Below, piece after piece: positions 49,141-59,900 of a stretch of 64,000 nt of DNA. Position 1 is the first letter of the stretch. Each line of letters begins with the position of its first letter. This stretch comes from Flectonema sp. DT1601 (taxonomy: Eukaryota): NCBI GenBank assembly GCA_964019425.1, contig OZ025792.1, positions 1,054,001-1,118,000 on the forward strand, in the 5' to 3' direction. The notes below the pieces were generated by a model that was given only the letters and a program-made list of their open reading frames with translations, did not search any database and was not told where the DNA came from. Position numbers and translations under genes: made by a program.

Positions 49141-50142
49141 AATATTTATTTATTTATTCATTTATATAATATTATTAAAATAAAATAAAGGTGTATGAGT
49201 TTATGTTTTGGGAGAGATGAATAACAAAAAATCAAAAAATATTTCCACTCACACTCAACTATCAATATGCAGAAGATGTGAGCCTTTATGGCCACCAGAC
49301 GCTCTTTCTACACCTGACAGTAAGACAAGCCCCACATGGTAGTGACCAGAGTTAGTATTGGTTCCATTTGATATCAAATTCTGATTAAAGTAAGCAAGCT
49401 AGCGAGTCCAACAAGCCACCGTAGGTGGTATTATTTATTTTATGAGATTTTTCGCTATTGGCACCTGATAACGTCATTTTCGTTGTTCACTGGATATGAA
49501 CTAGGTCCTGTGTTCGGTCCCATTTGCCCCTGTCAGTGAAGGAAAGTCAAGGATTTCGTTTCTGATCGAGTTTTTTTTTGGTCGGCACCCTTCGAGAAGG
49601 AAGAGCTGGTTGGAGGGAGCACCACAGAATAGTCATTTGATGGCTTTCCGCCAGTGCTGAATTAGAAGATGATCCGAATGAAATTATTGGACCCCCCCAA
49701 CAGCGAAAATCTCTTATTTTAATATAGAAAAAAGTCAGATTAGAAAAAAAAAGATGAACTCAAAATAAAGAAAAAATATTCATTTCTGCAATTTCCAAAC
49801 ATCTAAGGGCAATAGAATATGTAGTTGCAGGTCTTAATCATATACGTAGTACCAGTTAGGTAAACGCCAAAGAGAACGAGAGAGGACAATAACCCTGTAA
49901 TGAAATGATTGTTTTGTTAGTTTCGACACGAAGCATACTAGTGTATCCTCAATGCTTCAACTTTAAACGGATCAAAGTAGGATGAAAACAAGAAACTGAA
50001 AGGACGATAAGGAATCTTGGGGATGGGATAGATGAGAGTGGGGTTTCTTTTTTTCTTTAATATTTTTATTTTAACTGCATTGACAGTGGACAGAGGATTT
50101 ATTTTCAGAGTCCCGTTTTTTTTTTAAAGTGGCTACAAATGG

Positions 50143-50530
50143 GTGTCGAACACTTCCTCGTACTTCTCCTTCGATGATGTCATTCGAAGTTTCTTAAACT
50201 TCGACACGGCTTCTTTGCTCTTGAACGCAACCTTTATGTTGCGTTCCATGTGGGCTGAACTGACATCAGCGCTTATCCCTCGAAGAACCCTTCGCCAAGC
50301 GTGCTGCGACACTTGTCAAAAAACCACCCCCAGGTGTTTTGTTCTCGTTTCCTGTGATGGCAAAGGCGATTGGGAACTCTCGCCCAGAAGCATCCATGCC
50401 CAACAACGTTAGAAAATTCCCGACGTAATACCCTTTCAGGGAGCACCCATCGGTCACCCTAAAACCTTGGGGACAATGTTTTGCCCCGTTGATGCAGGGA
50501 CCTCGCACGAAGTGCATCAAAAGAATGGAA
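50143..50530 (-). pseudogene. Internally deleted second copy of the MULE remnant
   Basis: Near-identical to 40632-40995. A further fragment at ~51905-51985 matches 40996-41075. Confidence 0.7.
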
Positions 50531-52751
50531 GGTTTCAATGCTAGGCCTTGTAGTAGCCACAGCCGAGGAAGGCTGAGTTGCAGCCCTCTTCAGCGAAGAA
50601 AGCAAGGGGGACACTGCGGTGTCAGGCCTGTCCTACTCATCGCATTTGCCCTTCTCAGCCAAGGGAACCACGTCAACATGGTTATTTCTTTTACCATTTA
50701 ACACAGTCCCCCTATTTAATTTTTAGTTAGTATTAATAAATATCAGTCAATCAAAAAAAAGGCAAAATTTCGTAGGACAACAAACAAGTTGGTTTCGGGT
50801 TAAGATTAAAAACAATCTTTCTTCGGAGTTAATTTTTAGTTAGTTAGTTAGTTAAAAAGAAATTTCTTTTACTGAACGGCGAAAAGAAAAATCGTCACTT
50901 TCAGCGAGCGAAAATGACACTATCAGGCACCCCAAAATCCCTTATCATAATGAAAAAAAAGAAAACTCAATCGAGGCAGAGATAAGGAATCGCTAAACAC
51001 AGGCAAAAAAGTCTTTGGAATCTATGAGAATGCAAGATAATATAAAATGACAAAAAAAAAAATAGCAAAAGCATTCAGTTTTTTCAGTTCTTTCTTTCCT
51101 GTATAAGTCTCAACTTGTTTCTCTATTAAACTACCTTAACAACTTATATAACCAAAGCAATCTCCTGAATCTGTAGAATAGTACCCCGTATGTACGCAGA
51201 TCTGGGTTACCTCCACACATGAGGTGCGAATGTGACTACATATTTCTCTACAACTAAATTGCTTAAACTCTACAAGTCGATAATTAAAAACGAAATAAGA
51301 ATTCATGCGCCTGTTATCTGGTTATTGACAGCTTGCATGATTTGGTACCAATTATTTGTTCCTTTTATTGTTGCCAAAATGGCTTATGTTGCTTGTTTAA
51401 CTCCAACACACTGAAGTTGTAAATTCAATTTAAAAAAAAAAAAATAGCACTCTGAAAAGGGAGAGGAAAAACTGATGATCCGTAAGGTTGACTCGTGCAA
51501 TCCTGTCTTAACAGTTATGTATAAGAAAAGAGAGAAGAACGTAAATTAGGGATTTACTTTATACTCCAGATTTTAGTAAAATTATATTTTATATACCATA
51601 ATTACACTCGCTCACAGGTACAAAAATTTACCTTTTTTTTTTGGTTCAGCTTTTAGATGCAGTTCTGCTTCAAGAAGTCAGGTCACCGACAGATCACCTG
51701 TGAATTCATCAACAAGCCGGACTGTCCTTCGAGATAGTTGGTGACTTCAACCCGTTCTCCCTCTGTCTGCACCTGCGACAGCTTCAGCTATGTCACTCAC
51801 TCAGGAACTTTGTCGGATCTCTTTGCGCCGATCCCTTCTTGCCGAAATATCTGTAGTGTATTTACGACTCTAGGGTATATCTCCCTCGTTGAACAGCCAG
51901 TAGTGGTAGGGCCTCTAATAGCAGCAGCGACGTAGGGCAACGTGCCCCATCCAAAAACCGTGCAACCGGCAGCACTTCAGAAGACCCAACCACACTCACC
52001 AGCAGGGCACATAAGACATTCCATAGGAAGTACATGGTTGCTTAAGAAGAAGTACAGAGACACCTGCTATATAACCCTGCGGGACAACTTCTTGCTGTAT
52101 GAATTATTGTTGTATCTCAGGTACGAAATTTAATTATGGGTATAAAATATGGTTTTAGGAGTATAAATGTATTTTTTTTCATTTATTTGGGATGATTTTC
52201 TCTCTAAATAAAATAGTCGAAACAGAAAATTATAGAATGAAGAATATAATGCACAGATTGAAAAAAATAATACGGGGGATCTGCGCAATTCTCAACAACA
52301 AAATACCCGAGAAACTTAATAAATAAGTCTCTGCAGAGCGGGTGAATGCTTCCCTCCGTGAACGAAACGAATTAAAGAAGCGATAAACCGTACTGCGAGG
52401 CGTTTATTCCATCAAAGGATTAACGAAAAGAAAAGAAAGAAGAAATAAAGACAAACGTTTGTATTAATTTATAAAAACAACGTTATAAAAAACAAAATAA
52501 TATAACCTTCCGTAGTGAACTCAACGGAGTGGTCAAAGATGAGATAAAGTAACACGAGCGACGAACAAAAAAAAAAGACTTCCCCGAACCGAATAGCGTT
52601 GCAATAGCTGAAACATGATTTAAATCGAACTATAAAAAAGAAAAGTTACGAAAAACATTATTCTGCTGTTCCATTTAATATCGTAGATTACGCAGTTTCA
52701 AGTTTTAAGACTTGTTTTATACCATTTTAAGACATTAGTTAGCGGTCAAAA

Positions 52752-52966
52752 AGCCACCGAGTACCAGTTATATCCCCAAAGAGAATCAGGTAGCTCTTCA
52801 AGGATCCCTAATACTACGGTAGCAGATTGTGAACCTAATCCCAAGAGGATTATATTGTTAGTCTCCACACGAGGCATACTAAATCAAGATATCTGTAACC
52901 TCAATACTTCAACGTATCACTAGCAAGAAAGAATATTGAAAAACATGAAATAAATAAATAAGGAAA
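52752..52966. repeat. ~215-bp repeat, second copy 59451-59670 immediately upstream of the LINE
   Basis: Near-identical by direct reading. Confidence 0.8.
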
Positions 52967-54855
52967 CTAGGAGATGAGATTGGGGGTTCTCAATTTCTTT
53001 CGTTTAAGATTCTTATCTCCAGGGGAAACTTTCGCCGAGAGATGAGATCTCATTTCTATAAACGGGTGGTATGACGTGCAAGAGGACAACAGTTCTCTGT
53101 AGGGTGACCTAGCTCTGCACACAATACCGTACTTTGTACTCAGTAAAAGTTCCAGAGAGAACACTACCAGGACTTGAATCATAACTCAACTCTTCTCGTT
53201 GTATCAAGACTTGTGCTCTATTAATGGTGGTAATGGAGCCCTGCTATCAGGCTCCTTCATTGGTGTAATTTATGGAAACTTTGGAGGCTACTTGAAAATA
53301 TAATTTTTCGCTCAGGCCATCGGTTTTTTCAAACCTTAAGTTAAAATTCAAAAATTTAAAAACTTTCGAGTGGAATCAAAAGTTTTCCCTTTACGTAAAA
53401 CATAATCAAACACGTTTTTTTTTTTTTTTTAAGCCTAGGAAGCCAAAAGCCAGGAAAAGCTCACAGAGTAACAGTTATATCGCTACCAGCAACCGTGAGA
53501 CTCTCACAGACGATAAGAGACGTAGAATAACCTGGAACAAATGACTACCTAAACCCACCGTCCACGCGAGCAGACAGTGTTAGAGACGGCTGATAACGCC
53601 AATTTTCGCCAAAGAGAGGGAGAACACGCCTTTTATACCGCCACACCACAAAGATAAAAAAAACATGACAGAGGGAAATACAAGATATTAATATTGGAAC
53701 GGGCTTACCGAAGCAATAGAAAGAAACAATGCAACAACCTGACAACACTAATAACAAAACTAATACTGAAGGAATAGAATCAAAAGGAAATTCATATGAC
53801 AGCAAGAGAGCCATGTTATGAAAATATTCATTTGAATATCATGTAGTCATAGCTGATTGGACTTCATAATCACACTTGGTATTTATTAGGTGAACAAAAG
53901 GGAGACAAAATAAGAAATTATCAAAAAAACATCGGATCTTACCTTCAGGGTATTAAATGCGATGGTGTATAAAATGAAATGGGGGAGACTTGGATGGGGG
54001 GGGGGGACCTTTGATACGATACGAAAAGATTTATCTGGGGGGTAACTTGATTCTAATATTAAATGGAAAGCAACTTGAAACTGGCAAAAACGAGAATAGG
54101 GTTCGGCCAAACCTGGTTGCAATATAAGAAATCAACAGTTGGTATCGATAAAAAATCCCATATGTGCTGTCGAATATGGAGATTCGGGGGCCACGTACTA
54201 CAGGTTGAGCGCCCCATGCCCTGTAGCCCGTTACAGTTTAAAATAGTATTCCTTCACACTTCAAAGGTAAATAAATATTAAAGGAAAATTAAAAAAAGAA
54301 AACTATTTTTGCAAAAATAATAAAAGAAATAAAAAATAAAAATAAAATATAAATTATTTCTGGTTCGTAGCACACTACCAGTGGAGCACATCTCGCAATT
54401 AGAGGGGGGGGGACCCTCAGGGGGGGGACTTGGATAAATAAATCAAGGTTGGGGTTTGTATGTTCGATTTTGTAAAAATTACAACTGTGTTGTATCATAA
54501 AAACATAAAGATAATTTAACATTAGTTTTAGTTACAGTGACTAAGGGTGATGCGCAACTTAGCATAATAAAGTAACTATTTAGGTTTCGAGAGGAATCCA
54601 TATATATCGTACCTCTATTCTCTCTCATCGGTGTAGAAGTAAGTCAGTCAAATGTTGAGACTCATTCCAGTTTGCAGGACTGGAATGTAGTTACTTTAAG
54701 TTTCATGTTCATAATAAAAAGCATATTCCTTAATGTTACTTGTTCGAAATGGGGGTATGGCTCAAAGACAACTCGAATCTTCAAAGACTTGGGGCAGCAA
54801 GAAAAGAAGAACAAGACAAGAAGTGTAATTAATCACAATTGATGAATGATAATAA

Positions 54856-57495
54856 CTAAATCCCAATTATCTTGGAACTTCTACGATTCCCATCTTTAAA
54901 AGAATCCCCATCCAGGAATTCTTGTCTCATTAAAGAAAGCTCCAAAGAAGCTTCCCCTGTTGGAAAATTCTTCATCGTCAACACTGAACCAGAATTCGAT
55001 GTCCCTGAAAACGAAGCCAACGGATGCATCGATGGCAACGGCAACGGCGACAACGCATCACTCATCGACAATCCCAAACTCGATCTCATCGGCATTGACT
55101 CGCTTACTACAGAAGTCTCATCAAGCTTCTTATTCTTTTCCCAATGTCTTTGTTGTACTCGAGTTCGAATACCCTTGCACAGAATGTATCCTTCAACAAG
55201 AACATCAATTCCTGACTTAACTATTAAAATAATTACGGAAGCAAATAGCAAAGCAGAAGCAATTTGGAAACCGTAGTGTCCGGTGTTCTCTTCGTAGTAA
55301 CCTGCCGCCATGAAGACAAGAGCAGCCGCCTGGAGACCGAGGAGGACGAAGTCGACGGCGCTGTCACGTGCTCGACAGTGCGGCCACAGAATTGCTTCGA
55401 GTACAAGGAGAATCAGAAAGAGAAATCCTTCAAAAAGTTTCTTGTGTCCGCACTGAATTAAAGTTCTGGTATTGAGAGACTCCATAGCACTGATCGCAAG
55501 CATCGAAGCAAACTCCACAATACTAAACCAAACTACTTCCTGACGAAATGATCTAATCACCGCACTGTAACGATTCACCCAATGAAGCTCAACATGATTG
55601 CTGACCCATTCTCCAGGTCCCATCAACAGTCGCTTCAATCCATAACGAGCATCGTCAGCGTACACTGCCTGACTAGGAACTCCCTTCCTGCATTCTCTAA
55701 AGATAACTATTGGAACAGCAACACAACCACAACACGTAACAAATCCTATTATAAAGTGAAATGGCGTATTCGGGTGGCTCACAAGAGACATCCCACCTTG
55801 TGTCGTACCTTGGTATAAGAATTGGAAGACGAACAACGGAGCCGAAGGAAATCTCAGTAATCCCTGAGTGTCCAAACCATTGAACAACGTTGGGGCACAA
55901 CTCGTACCTCCCCGTTCTGCTATCTTCAACATGAAGAAACACAATACTGCAAACCCGAATGATATCATCACATTCCCAGCCACCATTCCAAGCGCAGAAC
56001 TGCCTCCAATTTTCCACTGTGTCGGGTGTAGAGGTCGAGGGTACTCCCTCGATGAATTATTCTCATTTCCAGCACGGCAGCTTCCAGATATCGCAACCAA
56101 CCGCAAGGCTGGTCCCGCTGATGCACCGGCTCCCAAAGCAGAAGCCGCCGCAGCTGCCGAACCCACCTCTTCAACGGTCTCGGTCGTTTTCTTGTCGATT
56201 GCTGGTGGAACTTCTGTTGGAGGTGCGGCAGTCTCAGGCACGCTAGTGGAAGGAACAGGAGTAGGAGGTAATGTTGGCACAGCGGTTGGTACAGCAGTTA
56301 GTATTACAGGAACGGAAGTTGGGACTGCAGTTGGAACAGCTGTCGGTACGGTCGTCGGTATGGCTGTTGGAACAGCTGTTGTACCAATTTGTCGGGCTTT
56401 TGGAACTGCGGTCGGAACAGCAGTAGGGACAGCAGTCGGTATTGCAGTTGGAACTGTTGTTGGTACAGCCGTTGGTACTGCGGTTGGCAGTGCGGTTGGT
56501 ACTGCGGTTGGTACAGCCGTAGTTGGCAGTGCTACCGTAACACCTACACTTACCATAGGTGGTTTTTGGAAGAGATTACACAAACCAGTAGATTTCTTGA
56601 TGGTGTAAATATAGTTTGGGACTGCAATAATTTCATCAGCAACAATAGCTACGGTTTCGGCAATTCCACCGTCGAAGACTGCAAGACTGGGACCGATACC
56701 GTAAGCTACTCCTGGAGTGTCTCCATGTTGACAGGTTACGTCTAACATATTACCAGGGTTAGTTATTACACGGCTAGTTAACGAAGTAGCCAATCCACCG
56801 AAGAAAGTATTGTCTCCCACGGCAAATACATATCCGTTGCAGGCAAAAATGCGTTTGAGCCTGTTCACGGCTTTGTAAGTTGACGACGTAGATGATTTAC
56901 CGATTAGTTCACTGACAGTTGGAGCATTGGTTGATACCCTACTGACGACAAATACCTTTTGAGAGGACTCGTCTACGGTAATCGATCCGATGTCGCCGTT
57001 TTTTAAGAAGCTTCCTGAGCTGTCTACAGTTCCCATGGCAATGTTTGCCATTTCGAAGTATATTATCCCTTCGTTTTGACATGCGCCATAGATAGTAGTT
57101 CCCTGAGCAGCGAGTTCAAGACAACTTCCAGTGTATGGAAAATCCATCACATTCGCAATGTCAATTGCACCACCAGCAAGAATAGGAATTACATGTAGCT
57201 TACCAGGTTCAGCAGCAACCAAATAAGGTGTTCCTCCGATAGTTATTGAAGTAGCAGTAATAATGTTTGAAGTGTAACTACTTGCTACTGTCGTAAAGCA
57301 CTGATTAATTTCAGGATCAAGCTGTCTGATCCAAGTACTAGTAAATATGTACATCCACTTGTCATAAACAGCCATTGTTTCTATTGCACCGTATCCAACA
57401 GTACAAACCAAAGATGTTTTGTAGCATGTTACTAATTGCACCACAGTCAGAAGGATGAAAAACGTCCCCACATGCCTGAAGGTACTTGCCGCCAT
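54856..57495 (-). CDS. Surface multi-pass membrane glycoprotein, paralog 7 (~879 aa)
   Basis: Intact ORF with the shortest stalk and a divergent ectodomain. Confidence 0.9.
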   Translation of the reverse strand: MAASTFRHVGTFFILLTVVQLVTCYKTSLVCTVGYGAIETMAVYDKWMYIFTSTWIRQLDPEINQCFTTVASSYTSNIITATSITIGGTPYLVAAEPGKLHVIPILAGGAIDIANVMDFPYTGSCLELAAQGTTIYGACQNEGIIYFEMANIAMGTVDSSGSFLKNGDIGSITVDESSQKVFVVSRVSTNAPTVSELIGKSSTSSTYKAVNRLKRIFACNGYVFAVGDNTFFGGLATSLTSRVITNPGNMLDVTCQHGDTPGVAYGIGPSLAVFDGGIAETVAIVADEIIAVPNYIYTIKKSTGLCNLFQKPPMVSVGVTVALPTTAVPTAVPTALPTAVPTAVPTTVPTAIPTAVPTAVPTAVPKARQIGTTAVPTAIPTTVPTAVPTAVPTSVPVILTAVPTAVPTLPPTPVPSTSVPETAAPPTEVPPAIDKKTTETVEEVGSAAAAASALGAGASAGPALRLVAISGSCRAGNENNSSREYPRPLHPTQWKIGGSSALGMVAGNVMISFGFAVLCFFMLKIAERGGTSCAPTLFNGLDTQGLLRFPSAPLFVFQFLYQGTTQGGMSLVSHPNTPFHFIIGFVTCCGCVAVPIVIFRECRKGVPSQAVYADDARYGLKRLLMGPGEWVSNHVELHWVNRYSAVIRSFRQEVVWFSIVEFASMLAISAMESLNTRTLIQCGHKKLFEGFLFLILLVLEAILWPHCRARDSAVDFVLLGLQAAALVFMAAGYYEENTGHYGFQIASALLFASVIILIVKSGIDVLVEGYILCKGIRTRVQQRHWEKNKKLDETSVVSESMPMRSSLGLSMSDALSPLPLPSMHPLASFSGTSNSGSVLTMKNFPTGEASLELSLMRQEFLDGDSFKDGNRRSSKIIGI

Positions 57496-59820
57496 ACTGT
57501 GTGGGTGGCTGTGAGTGAAGAACATGTAAAACATAATACTCAAATAACTTCGTCAATCAATTCTACTCTGATGAGGGGCATCTTGTCAATTGAAACTTCT
57601 GCATAATTGTGATAACTGATGCAAAGATGAGAATAAGAGTAAAATAATTTCATTACCTTGTCTTCAACAGAGTTAGAAAGATTGGGTGTAGACTCCCAAT
57701 AACCACTACTGGGAATCAGTTGCGTGGTACAAATGAATAATATTAAGAATGTTCTCTCTGTTGAATGCGAACTTTGCACAATCCAAGCAAAGGTTAGCAG
57801 GACGTACGCTGTTCGTGTGAATGGAAGTGATATCTTTTTGAACAAGAATTCTGCTGATCAGCAGTTTGTTCGTCTCCAGAGTTCGTCACTGCGGCTTTCC
57901 TCGGCCTTCTTTTCCCGTTTCTTCCATTCACGGAATTGTTTATGGAATTAATCCAACGTTGCTGCATATAATGAGTGCAACCCAATCCGTAACCGTTTCC
58001 GAAGACTCAGTATGGATTGTTGAATTAGCTTCAACTGAAGTGATGTAATATAATTTATAGAAAAATAGACAAATTTTAGTTTTAACTATTGAACTCTAAA
58101 ATAAAGAATAAAATAAACGAAAATTGAAAAAATATAAAAATATTAAACTAAAATAAAACAATAGTCAGTAATCATTAGTTATCAGTCAATCAAACAAATT
58201 CGTCGGACAAAAGACAAATAAATGAGTAGAAATTTTGTTTCTTTTATTATTCATCGTAATTAACATAACTCAGCTTAAATGGTAAATAAATAACCATATT
58301 GACGTGGTCTCTTTGCTGAGAAATAGTGAAAACACGAAATAAATTACTCTTCGGTTCCGTATAACGCTGTGGAAAACGAAGTCTCAGGCCATAATCTTAT
58401 ACCACTTGTCCTCAGTAAGTTCTAAGGGACTTAATTCTATATTGAAGTTGCTATCGTTCTAAGACAAAAAAATCATCGGAGTTCTCCAGGATTGGGAGCA
58501 ATGCTTATTTTCTTTTGTTTAATTTAATTCCTTTTATCTTTGACGGTCTGCCCCTTTCCGTATTAAAGTCGAGTTATTAATTGAGTTCTTCATCTATTTT
58601 GCGTTTAATTTTATTCTTAGCATACCATCAATAGTCCTGTATTCACAGGTGTCATTGTAACATCCTTTTCAGAGTGAAATTCTATAGTTCGGTACATCTT
58701 GTCAAAATGATCGAATGGGGGTCTTTGATCTTTTTTGTCTTTAAGAATGTCACGAATGATCATGGATTTAAATGACACTAGTGCAACAATAAAGTGTGCC
58801 ATCCTTGTCTTTTCTTTCTAGGATTCAAATAAGATGCAACCGATACATGAAACGTTTCTCGGGATAATAAAAAGAGTTGTAGAGTTATAAAAAAAAGCGT
58901 GGCCAGAGCCTTTTTTTCCCCTTTCTTTTTTCCCTTCATGCTTGTGAAAAATTAATTAAATGGCAAAATATATGGCTGTGCCAGCCGAGGACAATAAAAC
59001 GCATTTAAAGTAATCATCGCGTTTGCCCTTCTCAGCAAAGGGAAGGGCCGAGTTTATGTTTACGGGATGAAACTTTGACAATGTAAAAACAAATAACAAC
59101 TTTTAGGTATTAATACAAAATTAATATCAAGTGCGACCGAAAGAAATATTTGAAAAAATTAACTAACGAGTGGTGCATGAGTTTATGTTTATGGGAGGGA
59201 TGAATAAAAAATTAAAAAGGTTTCGAATCACACTCAACTATTAATATGCAGAAGGTTTTTGAGCCTTTAAGGCCGCCAGACGCTTCTTTTAACACCTGAC
59301 AGTAGTTGACTAGCGTCTGTGAAGGACTACGAGGCGTTATTCCATCAAAGGAATAACGAAAAGAAAAGAAAAAAGAATTAGAGACCAACATTTGTATCAA
59401 TTTAAATACAACGCGAAATCATTAGTAAATAAGCTAGCGGGTCCAACAAACCACCGAGTACGTTATATCCCCAAAGAGAATCAGGTAGCTCTTCAAGAAT
59501 TCCTAATACTACGGTAGCAGATTGTGAACCTAATCCCAAGAGGATTATATTGTTAGTCTCCACACGAGGCATACTAAATCAAGATATCTGTAACCTCAAT
59601 ACTTCAACGTATCACTAGCAAGAAAGAATATTGAAAAACATGAAATAAATAAATAAATAAATAAGGAAACCTGATGATAGGATAGAGTGGGATTTCTTAT
59701 TTGGGAAAACCTACAGATCCACCCCCAGGTTTGGGGAAACGTACACTACGGTCACGGCCTTGTGTAACTTTTTTGACCCCTGGATATGTGTTTAAATCCG
59801 CAAAATCGAAGACGACCTAC

Positions 59821-59836
59821 TTTCTGTACTTTATTG
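59821..59836 (+). other. Spliced-leader-derived motif TTTCTGTACTTTATTG in the LINE 5' UTR
   Basis: Exact match to the conserved 3' 16 nt of the kinetoplastid/diplonemid SL exon (recalled from memory); sense orientation, 64 nt upstream of the ORF1 ATG. Confidence 0.75.
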
Positions 59837-59900
59837 ATTTCCTACCATTACCTGGTGAGAGTCGATTTTGTGCGGGTTTTCTGACAGACATAAAACTATA

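Noticed and set aside
59700..59800. HDV-like ribozyme or the 77-nt ingi/L1Tc signature at the LINE 5' end
   Set aside because: Only CCCTGG resembles the signature, and I could not build the nested double pseudoknot.
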